DNA of 64,000 nucleotides from Alphaproteobacteria bacterium (GCA_030429625.1 JAUIFA010000001.1:97306-161305), one strand, 5' to 3'; positions 32,021-40,302 are shown, counted from the first letter of the stretch. Notes: a model not told the origin generated them from the letters alone. Program-made: numbers and translations.

Positions 32021-32358
32021 TTAAAAGCAAACATATTTTGCATAATGTCACAAATTTCCTGAGCTTTTATTTGGTTTAAGGTAGTGACTTTATTAAGCAA
32101 ACGCTTTTTATCAATAGTGCGCATTTGATCCAACGCCAGCTGATATTGCCCGTATTCAATGTTGATAGGCACTCGAAACGGCGCAGCACGGCCAATGTGA
32201 CGTACCGGAGCAACCGTGACGGTTTTAAGCTGATTGTTTAGCTCATTGGGGGAAATGACAACGCACGGTTCAGGGCGGCGAATCTCGGTTGAATCCAGAG
32301 AAGTAACCGACACCATAAATACATCAAAACGCTCAATGGGGATAGACATATTACACAT
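32017..32358 (-). CDS. MazF/PemK-family toxin
   Basis: 113 aa. FDVFMV..EIRRPEPCVVISP..TVTVAPV and DQMRTIDKKRL fit the PemK-like pattern. The alternative ATG at 32349 overlaps the antitoxin stop. Confidence 0.75.
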   Translation of the reverse strand: MCNMSIPIERFDVFMVSVTSLDSTEIRRPEPCVVISPNELNNQLKTVTVAPVRHIGRAAPFRVPINIEYGQYQLALDQMRTIDKKRLLNKVTTLNQIKAQEICDIMQNMFAFN

Positions 32359-32587
32359 CCTCCTCGTTATTGATATCGTCAGGAATATGCAGCTGTTCTT
32401 TTTGGGTTAGCATCAGTTGCTTGGCAGCCTCCTCCCAGTTTCTTCGGGTCTGAGTGACCGGGGTGATAACCAAAGATTTGCCTTTAACCTTCATCTCAAC
32501 CATGTCAGATATTCCGCACTCTTTAAGTACTTTAGATGGAATCCGAACACCTTTTGAGTTGCCGATGGCGATGACTTTTGCTTTCAT
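32351..32587 (-). CDS. AbrB/MazE/SpoVT-family antitoxin
   Basis: 78 aa. MKAKVIAIGNSKGVRIPSKVLKECGI is a swapped-hairpin AbrB-type N-terminus and the tail is acidic. The gene lies immediately upstream of the toxin. Confidence 0.7.
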   Translation of the reverse strand: MKAKVIAIGNSKGVRIPSKVLKECGISDMVEMKVKGKSLVITPVTQTRRNWEEAAKQLMLTQKEQLHIPDDINNEEDV

Positions 32588-32664
32588 AATACATACCTTA
32601 TACGCTAGGTAATATTTTATAAGATAATCTTTTTAAAGAGTCAATAAAAGTTATTACGATGTGA

Positions 32665-33393
32665 TTACAAATCTTTGAGAGGAATAATTTTCCCCTGATC
32701 AAAAGTAAGGATACGATCGGTTTGTTTTGCCAACTCATGATTGTGAGTGACCAAGAACATGGACAGTCCTTTTTCCACCACATATTCCACCAACACATCA
32801 AAGACATGCTTGGCGGTTTTGGGGTCAAGATTGCCCGTAGGTTCGTCCGCCAGTAATAAGGTAGGCTCGTTTGCCAAGGCACGGGCGATGGCGGTGCGTT
32901 GCTGTTCTCCGCCAGAGAGCTGAGACGGGCGATGATCCAGCCTTTTTCCTAAACCAAGCTTCTGTAATAATTTACTGGCAAACATACTTGCCTGAGCCAT
33001 TGGTACACCCGCAATGAGCTGAGGCATCATCACATTCTCCAAGGTGGAGAATTCACTTAACAAATGGTGATACTGGTAAATAAAGCCAATATTATGCCGA
33101 CGGATGGAGGCAGCCTTATCGTCTTTCAGGTTGGTGCAGTCAACATCGTTGATGGTGACGCTTCCGCTGTCTGCCGTATCAAGCAGGCCGGCAATGTGCA
33201 ACAAGGTGGATTTCCCACAGCCACTTTCTCCCACCAAAGACACCATTTCTCCCTTATAGACTTCCAGTGAGGCGTTGTTGAGAATATCAAGAGTGACATC
33301 TCCCTGATGATATTGTTTGCAAACGTCATCAAGTGATAACACCATGCGTGCCCCACGGATATTATCAGAAGTAGGTTGTTTTGGACTATTCAT
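32665..33393 (-). CDS. lolD: Lipoprotein-releasing ABC transporter ATP-binding protein
   Basis: The ATG at 33393 overlaps the lolC/E stop by 8 nt. Walker A is GESGCGKST, the signature is LSGGEQQR and Walker B is [12 protein letters not shown]. Confidence 0.88.
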   Translation of the reverse strand: MNSPKQPTSDNIRGARMVLSLDDVCKQYHQGDVTLDILNNASLEVYKGEMVSLVGESGCGKSTLLHIAGLLDTADSGSVTINDVDCTNLKDDKAASIRRHNIGFIYQYHHLLSEFSTLENVMMPQLIAGVPMAQASMFASKLLQKLGLGKRLDHRPSQLSGGEQQRTAIARALANEPTLLLADEPTGNLDPKTAKHVFDVLVEYVVEKGLSMFLVTHNHELAKQTDRILTFDQGKIIPLKDL

Positions 33394-34624
33394 TGTGCAA
33401 GCCCTCCACCGGAGAAATACGCGAAGCACGCCATGACGGATATAAGGTGGCCAACAGGCTCAAGCTAAGTGAAAGAATTACAACGCCATAAACATCACTG
33501 TTTTCAACATTTGCCGGCAATTGTGAGAGGAAATACACTTCCGCCGGGAAAAATTCGCTGTGGCTTAATTCCTGCAGCACTTCACGAATGGATTCAATGT
33601 TTAGCGCAAAACCCAATCCTAGCAAATAACCTAGGAATGTACCAAGAAAACCAATGGAGGCACCACAGAGAATAAAAATCCGCATGATAGAGCCACGTGT
33701 GGCGCCGATGGTGCGTAAGATAGCGATTTCTTTGTTCTTTCCGGTGACCAACATCACCATGCCGGAAATAATATTAAAGGCAGCAATAACGATAATTAAG
33801 GTAAGGATCAGGAACATCACATTGCGTTCAACCTTCAAAGAGCTAAAAAACGAACTGTTGGCGGCTTTCCAGTCCACCATATAATAATCGCTACTCAAAC
33901 GTGCCTTTATCTCATCTTTTACTGTCTCGATGTCTTTAGGGGTGCGTAAATCCACTTCAATGGAAGTAGCCGCTTCTTTGCTTCTGAAATAAATCTGCGC
34001 AGATTCAATGGGCATGAAAATGGTGGAACTGTCATACTCAAACATGCCTACTTCAAAAATTCCGGCGATGGTATAGTCTTTTACACGGGGAATGTCACCA
34101 AAGAAGGTGGTAGAGGATTTAGGCGAAATAAGACGAATCTGATCACCAGGTACCAAATGCATGTTGCGTGCCATGCGTGCGCCAATAAGTACAGAGTGAT
34201 TGTCCTGCCAGAAATCTCCGTAAAGTATGTTATCGGCCACCAGTTCTTTGTTTTTCAAATCATTAAGCTCCATCCCTCGTACCATGGCGCCGGTATGTTT
34301 GTCGTTGGCGGTGGCCAATACCTGTCCTTGTACCATAGGCGAGGCATTATGTATGCCCGGTAGGCTTTTTAAATTGTCCGTCAGCCGTTGATAGTCTGTG
34401 ATTTGTCCCTGAGAGTGCATGATGGAAATATGAGAATTAATGCCCAGAATCCGCTTTAGAAGCTCTTCATGAAAGCCGTTCATCACCGACATCACCACGA
34501 TCAATGTGGCCACGCCCAACATAATTCCCAGAAATGAAAAGCCAGCAATGATCGAGACAAATCCCTCCTCTTTGCGTGAACGCAAGTAACGGAAGGCAAT
34601 CATTCTTTCAAATTTATTAAACAT
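33386..34624 (-). CDS. Lipoprotein-releasing ABC transporter permease (LolC/LolE family)
   Basis: The ATG at 34624 gives MFNKFERMIAFRYLRSRKEEGF. The fold is MacB-like: a TM segment, a large periplasmic domain, then three TM segments. An alternative start lies at 34660. Confidence 0.85.
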   Translation of the reverse strand: MFNKFERMIAFRYLRSRKEEGFVSIIAGFSFLGIMLGVATLIVVMSVMNGFHEELLKRILGINSHISIMHSQGQITDYQRLTDNLKSLPGIHNASPMVQGQVLATANDKHTGAMVRGMELNDLKNKELVADNILYGDFWQDNHSVLIGARMARNMHLVPGDQIRLISPKSSTTFFGDIPRVKDYTIAGIFEVGMFEYDSSTIFMPIESAQIYFRSKEAATSIEVDLRTPKDIETVKDEIKARLSSDYYMVDWKAANSSFFSSLKVERNVMFLILTLIIVIAAFNIISGMVMLVTGKNKEIAILRTIGATRGSIMRIFILCGASIGFLGTFLGYLLGLGFALNIESIREVLQELSHSEFFPAEVYFLSQLPANVENSDVYGVVILSLSLSLLATLYPSWRASRISPVEGLHNE

Positions 34625-34723
34625 AGATGGCGTTTCTTCTTTAATATTTAATGGGTGCAATTACGCTAATTGTAATGATCAATGCCATAATCAATATACA
34701 GGTTTTTTTATGTCTGTGAATAT

Positions 34724-35029
34724 TTAATTGGCCAGCCAGACCGTAATATACAGAATAATCGGGCTGAGGGAAAGAATCATACAAATGACAGGAAAGACAT
34801 AAGATGCTAGGGATTTATTGGCGATGATTTCCCACCAATACACAAAGGTGGCAATGGCAAAGAAACAAGCAAGCGGTCCAATCACCACCATAAAAAGTGG
34901 TACTCCCGCCCAAGATTCCCAAGAAATTTTAGCAATGATGGTGGCCCACAGATAATAGGTCACCGGTATGGCATAGGCCATGATGAGAAAGAGTGCCGCC
35001 AAGGTGACTTTGATGGAGTTACGTAACAT
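34724..35029 (-). CDS. Small three-TM membrane protein of unknown function
   Basis: 101 aa and very hydrophobic. The start overlaps the proS 3' end by 11 nt. Confidence 0.5.
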   Translation of the reverse strand: MLRNSIKVTLAALFLIMAYAIPVTYYLWATIIAKISWESWAGVPLFMVVIGPLACFFAIATFVYWWEIIANKSLASYVFPVICMILSLSPIILYITVWLAN

Positions 35030-36290
35030 ATGCTATTACTTTATCCAGAGGCACATCCTGTTTTTCTCCGGTTTTACGATTCTTTAATTCAACATTTCCC
35101 TGTTCAAGCGAGCGCGGGCCAACGGCAATTTGCCAAGGTGTGCCGATTAAATCCTGCGTGGCGAATTTACTGCCTGCCGATTCTTTACGATCGTCGTAGA
35201 GTGTCTCAATTCCAGCTTCACAGAGATGGGCATACAAAGCTTCACAGGCTTTGTCGCACGCCTCATGTCCGGATTTCACATTGATAATCGCCGCTTGGAA
35301 AGGTGCTACCGACTCCGGCCATATGATGCCGTTCTCATCGTGACTGGCTTCAATAATTGCCCCAACAAGGCGGGAAACGCCAATACCGTAACAACCCATT
35401 TTCACGGTAGTGCTCTTGCCGTCTGCACCCATCACTTCGGCCTTCATGGCGGCGGAATATTTGTCGCCCAGATAAAAGATATGCCCGACTTCAATCCCAC
35501 GGGCGGATTTTACGTCGCTAGGAGCTTGGGCGGGATCGTGCATTTCATCGGCCGCCGAATACAGAGAGCGTAGGGTAGGGATGTCCAGCTCGTCTGTGTC
35601 CACCAGTTCTTCAAATTTTGGATCGTAGAATATCTCACTTTCTCCGGTATTGGCGATGACCTGAAATTCATGGCTCATATCGCCGCCAATGGCACCGGTG
35701 TCCGCCTTAAACGGGATAGCTTTTAAGCCCAAACGCTTAAATATTTTAAAATAAGCGCGATACATAGTGTCGTAGGACTCTTTGGCAGATTTTTCATCAA
35801 TATCAAAGCTGTAAGCGTCTTTCATCAAGAACTCACGTCCACGCATCACGCCAAAACGCGGGCGGATTTCATCACGGAATTTCCACTGGATGTGGTAGAG
35901 ATTTAGCGGTAGTTCTTTGTAACTACGTACGTTATTGCGGAAAATATCGGTGATCACTTCCTCATTTGTCGGGCCATAAATAAGCTGATTGTTGTGTCGA
36001 TCGGTGACAATCAACGTCTCCTTGCCGTAATCGCCACGTCCGGACTCCGCCCACAACGAAGCTGGTTGCATGGTGGGCATCAGTAATTCCACTGCACCCG
36101 CCTTGTTCATCTCTTCACGCACGATATTTTCTACCTTCTTTAATACGTTTAGCCCCAATGGCAGCCAGTTATAGATGCCGCTGGAAAGCTGACGAATCAT
36201 CCCCGCACGCAGCATTAGCTGATGGGAAATGATGGTGGCCTCGGAAGGGGTTTCCTTTAAAACCGGTAAAAGATAGTGTGATAGTCGCAT
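35019..36290 (-). CDS. proS: Prolyl-tRNA synthetase (short form without INS editing domain)
   Basis: 423 aa. Contains [18 protein letters not shown] and the class II motifs [25 protein letters not shown] and [10 protein letters not shown]. Confidence 0.93.
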   Translation of the reverse strand: MRLSHYLLPVLKETPSEATIISHQLMLRAGMIRQLSSGIYNWLPLGLNVLKKVENIVREEMNKAGAVELLMPTMQPASLWAESGRGDYGKETLIVTDRHNNQLIYGPTNEEVITDIFRNNVRSYKELPLNLYHIQWKFRDEIRPRFGVMRGREFLMKDAYSFDIDEKSAKESYDTMYRAYFKIFKRLGLKAIPFKADTGAIGGDMSHEFQVIANTGESEIFYDPKFEELVDTDELDIPTLRSLYSAADEMHDPAQAPSDVKSARGIEVGHIFYLGDKYSAAMKAEVMGADGKSTTVKMGCYGIGVSRLVGAIIEASHDENGIIWPESVAPFQAAIINVKSGHEACDKACEALYAHLCEAGIETLYDDRKESAGSKFATQDLIGTPWQIAVGPRSLEQGNVELKNRKTGEKQDVPLDKVIAYVT

Positions 36291-36366
36291 ATTATTCCTT
36301 GTGATATAATCATCTTAGCAATATATAGGTTGCTTACAAATCTAATGAAACGGCAACGATAATACA

Positions 36367-36789
36367 ATGCAAATAATTGAATGTAAAACGAAAGAACAGA
36401 TAAAAGAGACTTATAAAGTCGCCAGTCAGCATTATAATCTCGGTGAAGCCGAATATATGGCAAATATGGAAGAGATGATGCAGGCAGGGGATTATCGTTG
36501 CATTGCTGCGGTAAATGACCAAGGTGAATATCTTTCTATATTAGGATTTCGGGTGGGCAGACGTCTTTATTGTGGCAAGTTCTTCCATCTGGATAATTTG
36601 ATTGTCGGCAAAGATCATCGTCGCGAAGGTCTGGCCGAAAAGATGGTAGATTGGGCGCGCGATGAAGCCAGAAGGTTGGGGTGTAACTCGATCCTTGCCG
36701 ATACGTATGTGGAAAATTATCCCGCGCATAAGCTCTTTATGAAAGAGGGTCTACACATCCGTGGCTATCACATGCGCGAGATTCTTTAA
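36367..36789 (+). CDS. GNAT-family N-acetyltransferase
   Basis: 140 aa. LIVGKDHRREGLAEKMVDWARDEARRLGC is a motif A-like Q/RxxGxG/A region. Confidence 0.7.
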   Translation: MQIIECKTKEQIKETYKVASQHYNLGEAEYMANMEEMMQAGDYRCIAAVNDQGEYLSILGFRVGRRLYCGKFFHLDNLIVGKDHRREGLAEKMVDWARDEARRLGCNSILADTYVENYPAHKLFMKEGLHIRGYHMREIL

Positions 36790-36810
36790 GTCGTGCCTTT
36801 GTCGGGCAGG

Positions 36811-37542
36811 CTAAAAACCAGCAGGAATATCAGGCTTAAAGGGAATTGAAGGTAATTCAATAGCTGGGGCGATTTCTTTAAAGAAATCATCATTCATATT
36901 CTCAAATAAATATTCTAAATCCTTATCCCGCTTATACTGATACTTCCCATTGTCAAAGTCCATTAGTTCCGTAACCATTGCTTTCCAATCGTGGTTTAAA
37001 ACAGTATTAAAGAATCGAGGGGTCGACCTATCCCAATTGAGACTGTACTGGAGAGCAACAGAGGCAACGATTGTTTGAATGTGTGGTGACAGGTCTCCGA
37101 ACTGTTTTGCGCCCTTAGGAATGTTTGCATTGTAAATATTTTCTATGGTTTCTCCAAGATATTTAAAAAACAACTTATCTATAAGATTATATTCTGATTT
37201 TGTTAATGTAAGCGGTTCAATATAACTATATATTTGGGCCAATTGTCCTTTTTTACCTAAATAGGGCTTCAGCTTTTCTTTAATGTCTTCGGGAATGCCC
37301 ATTTTATCAAGACTGCTCTCATTATATTTACCCAAATCAAATAGATCAGCTATTACCACACCCGCATCCACGGTTAGGTTTCCAGTATAGTTATAGATAG
37401 TTACGCCCGCATACTGTCCTCTGGCTTTAATGTGTAACAATTGACTGCTTTTATCATCGGAAATGGTTTGGGCGTTAATGCTACTACTAATCAAAAAAAC
37501 CAGCAGGAATAGCAGGCTTGGAAGGGATATGTGCAATTTCAT
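36811..37542 (-). CDS. Secreted pesticin-C-terminal-like (T4-lysozyme-fold) muramidase homolog, possibly non-canonical
   Basis: Signal peptide MKLHISLPSLLFLLVFLISSSINA. GVVIADLFDLG, LKPYLGKKG, FGDLSPHIQTIVASVALQYS, TPRFF, DWKAMVTEL and KRDKDLEYL match my recollection of the pesticin-like muramidase family. There is no Glu between the signal peptide and the G-V-x-I-A motif. Confidence 0.55.
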   Translation of the reverse strand: MKLHISLPSLLFLLVFLISSSINAQTISDDKSSQLLHIKARGQYAGVTIYNYTGNLTVDAGVVIADLFDLGKYNESSLDKMGIPEDIKEKLKPYLGKKGQLAQIYSYIEPLTLTKSEYNLIDKLFFKYLGETIENIYNANIPKGAKQFGDLSPHIQTIVASVALQYSLNWDRSTPRFFNTVLNHDWKAMVTELMDFDNGKYQYKRDKDLEYLFENMNDDFFKEIAPAIELPSIPFKPDIPAGF

Positions 37543-37544
37543 TT

Positions 37545-37583
37545 TATAAATATTGTTTGTCCCTGAAGATTAGGGTAATTATT
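37545..37583. repeat. Anchor repeat, degenerate copy 1 (34/39 identical to copy 2)
   Basis: tataaatattgtttGtcccTgaAGattAgggtaattatt. It lies between the muramidase-like gene ATG (37542) and the ATG at 37588. Confidence 0.75.
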
Positions 37584-37587
37584 TTTC

Positions 37588-38073
37588 ATGCGTACAAAAG
37601 ATTTTATAAAATCATTATCATATAGTAAAATAGTATTTTTATTACTCTTTACGGCTCCTGCTGTTGCATCGGCATTTATAATACAAGAACAATTGGATGA
37701 TTCAGATTTAAACGAACGCATAATACCGTTGCTTATGCTTATTTCCTATCTATTCTTTATAATCTCAATGCTAAATTATTTTATATACAGGAAAAGCGGG
37801 AGAATATCGGCTGTTGTGCCAGTTATAATAAACTTTATTGCGATAGGCAGCTTTGGAATTATGCTCAACATGCCCGCTGTTTTCATTATTCCATTCTTAT
37901 TTGTTGCTGGAGTGTGGGAGATTTTTGAGAAGAAATTTTTAGTTGCTGCGGTTTATATTTTGTTGTTCCTTGCAACCATAACCCCTTTTGTATTTGTATG
38001 GCAGACTGGACTTGAAATGGAGAAACGTTCTGAGGGGATGAAAGACCAAGTTCAAGACCAATCAGAACACTAA
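37588..38073 (+). CDS. Multi-pass membrane protein, immunity-like candidate (paralogous N-terminus with 38288..38923)
   Basis: 161 aa with about five hydrophobic segments. MRTKDFIKSLSYSKIVFLLLF parallels MKIKDCIKSLTFSEIILYLLL in the neighbour. Degenerate anchor copy 1 lies directly upstream. Confidence 0.5.
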   Translation: MRTKDFIKSLSYSKIVFLLLFTAPAVASAFIIQEQLDDSDLNERIIPLLMLISYLFFIISMLNYFIYRKSGRISAVVPVIINFIAIGSFGIMLNMPAVFIIPFLFVAGVWEIFEKKFLVAAVYILLFLATITPFVFVWQTGLEMEKRSEGMKDQVQDQSEH

Positions 38074-38278
38074 TTGCATCGTCTTTCTCACCTTTTATTT
38101 TCTTCCACATGCCCCCATTTAAAGTTTCTGATATTATACCAACAAACGCAACACCTGCATTTACAAGACTCAACCATTCATAGGTAAAACCACAGGCTAA
38201 ACCTACAAACCCATAATGTATGTTGCCCCAAATATCGGTGTTATATAAATATTGTTTATCCCCGAGTATTGGGGTAAT
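38042..38278 (-). pseudogene. Start-less orphan cassette encoding the C-terminal half of the toxin domain
   Basis: My reverse-strand translation is ITPILGDKQYLYNTDIWGNIHYGFVGLACGFTYEWLSLVNAG...KDDAISVLIGLELGL. It aligns to residues 186-~275 of the 327-aa protein. There is no in-frame ATG/GTG/TTG before 38173 and no internal stop. Confidence 0.6.
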
Positions 38279-38279
38279 T
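38243..38279. repeat. Anchor repeat copy 2 (exact 37-mer)
   Basis: atataaatattgtttatccccgagtattggggtaatt is identical to 39296-39332. It heads the orphan cassette on the minus strand and ends 8 nt before the ATG at 38288 on the plus strand. Confidence 0.9.
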
Positions 38280-38287
38280 ATTGTGTT

Positions 38288-38923
38288 ATGAAGATAAAAG
38301 ATTGTATAAAATCATTAACTTTTTCTGAGATAATTCTCTATCTGCTGTTAGCTACTATACTGCCACTATTAGAATGGAACGGAGTTTCATTTGTAAGTAT
38401 TATCGTGACAATATTGGTACTAATATACACTATCATATTTGCCCCAATATATTTTATAACATACGTGTGGAGGAAAAAGTTCAAGGCATTACTTCCTTTG
38501 TTTAAAGGAATTCTAATGCTTCTTTACATGTTGTCGGTTGTTGCCACTGTGTACCGGCACTATGAAGAGAAAGTTTTTAACGAAAAATATAATGATTATA
38601 TGGAAGTGGTAAATATATTTAAATCAGGATCATGGCCATATGAAGTGATTGAAACTACTGCCGAAGAAAAATCTAGGGGGCATTATGATAAGTATGTTTT
38701 GCCTACTAAATACCATCATCTAGCAAAACCTTACTGGGTTAATAATCCTAAAAGAAAACTGCATGTTATTGAAGGTAATATAGCGAATCCAAATAGTGAA
38801 ATAGAGTTTTCTGTTGAATCTCATTACGATGAAGCATGGGTGGTTTATACTCCTATTAAAGGGTGTGGTATATATCAACCATGCAAAAAAGACCACTGGT
38901 ACTTATTGCACACTCCTAGATAG
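38288..38923 (+). CDS. Membrane protein (3-4 TM segments plus a ~110-aa soluble C-terminal domain), immunity-like candidate
   Basis: The ATG at 38288 gives MKIKDCIKSL. The ORF-track TTG start at 38252 lies inside the 37-nt anchor. The 3' end overlaps the convergent toxin gene by 21 nt. Confidence 0.5.
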   Translation: MKIKDCIKSLTFSEIILYLLLATILPLLEWNGVSFVSIIVTILVLIYTIIFAPIYFITYVWRKKFKALLPLFKGILMLLYMLSVVATVYRHYEEKVFNEKYNDYMEVVNIFKSGSWPYEVIETTAEEKSRGHYDKYVLPTKYHHLAKPYWVNNPKRKLHVIEGNIANPNSEIEFSVESHYDEAWVVYTPIKGCGIYQPCKKDHWYLLHTPR

Positions 38924-39886
38924 CAATTTTGCGATATTTGAACTTTTGACCTTTAAGTTTTGAGGGCGTAATTTTACAGACCCAGCACTCCATAATGCTC
39001 TGGTGGTGTATATCGCTATATGTAATGCTTGCTTTGATAGTGAATTGCTATTTTGCTCCCATAGACCAATTCCTGCTAATACACTAATTTCATCATCTTT
39101 TGCAGCAATGGCATGCCCTTTCACTTTACCAAATATATTGCCAAAATCTATCTCTCCCTTATAAAGATCTGCAGCTATGCCAATACCTGAACTAACAATC
39201 TCTACCGCAGTATTACCTAGAAGTAAGAATTCTTTTGTAAACCCACAAGCCAGCCCAACATAACCAAAATGAATATTTGACCAAATGTCATAATAATATA
39301 AATATTGTTTATCCCCGAGTATTGGGGTAATTGGTACAAAATCTCCATTCTTTTTCCATGCAGGAATAAACAATGCTTTAAATTTATCATTCTTCTTATG
39401 ATCCCACTTGCCTCCAGACTTAACTAATTCTATAAACTTTAGATTTGCCTGTGTAAAATAAGATAGAGACTCTGCTTCTAACAGTGCTCGTCTTTTATAA
39501 TCAATCTCACCTATAGATTTTATTATCAAATTGTCAGATTGAGCATTCAATTCCCTTATTTCCTGTGCTTCGGGGCCATTAGCATTTTTGTTCATTTCTG
39601 CGGTCATAAAATTTAGGACACGATCGTATGCGTCGTAATTAAACAGATATTCGTGTTTTAACTCTTCATTTTCATTCACGGTTTTTGCCTGATTATTAGA
39701 TAGGCGTTCTTTTCTTATGGGGTTAAGAAAATCGGCAAAAAGATTGCGATTGCCTTCAAGCGATGCCTGTTTTTTCTCAGGCGTGATCTCAGGGAAAAGA
39801 TGCGCCACTTGTTCGAAAGCAAAGGCAAGAGATTCTTGCGCCAGCCCGATTGTTATGGGTCTAATGATTTCATTTGGTTTTGGCAT
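38903..39886 (-). CDS. Polymorphic-toxin-like protein: unknown N-terminal ~160 aa plus a C-terminal Ntox44-like (polymorphic toxin type 44) domain
   Basis: 327 aa. GGKWDHKKN...DIWSNIHFGYVGLACGF...AKDDEISVLAGIGLW resembles my recollection of the type-44 toxin pattern (WDxK, NIH[FY]G[FY]VG, DD). No signal peptide is present. The ATG lies 2 nt after the tail-tube gene stop. Confidence 0.5.
   Translation of the reverse strand: MPKPNEIIRPITIGLAQESLAFAFEQVAHLFPEITPEKKQASLEGNRNLFADFLNPIRKERLSNNQAKTVNENEELKHEYLFNYDAYDRVLNFMTAEMNKNANGPEAQEIRELNAQSDNLIIKSIGEIDYKRRALLEAESLSYFTQANLKFIELVKSGGKWDHKKNDKFKALFIPAWKKNGDFVPITPILGDKQYLYYYDIWSNIHFGYVGLACGFTKEFLLLGNTAVEIVSSGIGIAADLYKGEIDFGNIFGKVKGHAIAAKDDEISVLAGIGLWEQNSNSLSKQALHIAIYTTRALWSAGSVKLRPQNLKVKSSNIAKLLSRSVQ
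39296..39332. repeat. Anchor repeat copy 3 (exact 37-mer) inside the 327-aa toxin-like gene
   Basis: On the minus strand it encodes ITPILGDKQYLY, residues 186-197 of the 327-aa protein. Confidence 0.9.
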
Positions 39887-39888
39887 GA

Positions 39889-40302
39889 TTATGCCTCCGT
39901 GTAGAGGATTTCGCCGCTACTTTCGAGAGAAATACTGTAGCTTTCAGCATTCTTAATGGCGCCGGAGCGATTATAATCCATCACCTTAAATGTACCAGAG
40001 AGCACGTCACCGCTACCAAAGTGAATCTCAAAACTTGTCAATTTATTGGTGAATGCGGCAATACGTAATTGGTTTTCAGTCGTTGATCCCATATACCTGC
40101 CGCTGGCATCAATGGTGATAGAGCGTTGTCCCTCATTATCAATGATATCACGCCATTGACCAGACAAAATGTTAGTTGAATCAATTATTTTTGTACTAAA
40201 ACTAAAATCCATGTTTAGTAATCCGCCGACCAGAGAGAAACTCTCCGGATCGCCACCATCGCCAATATGTAATGTTACCTCAGAACCTTTTTGTGCCGCC
40301 AT
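39889..40302 (-). CDS. Phage/GTA major tail (tube) protein homolog, TP901-1 family, solitary
   Basis: 137 aa. The pattern MAAQKGSEV...GGL...WRDII...ASGRYMG...F...G.F.V..Y...G...AESYSISLESSG and the length match my recollection of the RcGTA g9-type tube protein. Confidence 0.65.
   Translation of the reverse strand: MAAQKGSEVTLHIGDGGDPESFSLVGGLLNMDFSFSTKIIDSTNILSGQWRDIIDNEGQRSITIDASGRYMGSTTENQLRIAAFTNKLTSFEIHFGSGDVLSGTFKVMDYNRSGAIKNAESYSISLESSGEILYTEA

Noticed and set aside
36790-36810. A possible bidirectional terminator between the convergent GNAT and muramidase-like genes (tgcc-tttgtcg-ggca).
   Set aside because: The stem is only 4-5 bp and has no U-tract. It is not convincing.
37539-38173. 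Minus-strand ORFs 37539..37721 and 37886..38173, considered as independent genes.
   Set aside because: The first is the antisense of the 161-aa membrane gene's 5' end plus the degenerate anchor. The second is the tail of the orphan toxin cassette reading through into antisense sequence. Both are better explained as cassette remnants.
37561-38274. A possible compensatory hairpin inside the anchor: CCCC-N7-GGGG in copies 2 and 3 versus CCCT-N7-AGGG in copy 1.
   Set aside because: The stem is only 4 bp and the flanks do not pair. A single covarying pair among three copies is too weak to call a structure. I note it only as something to test.
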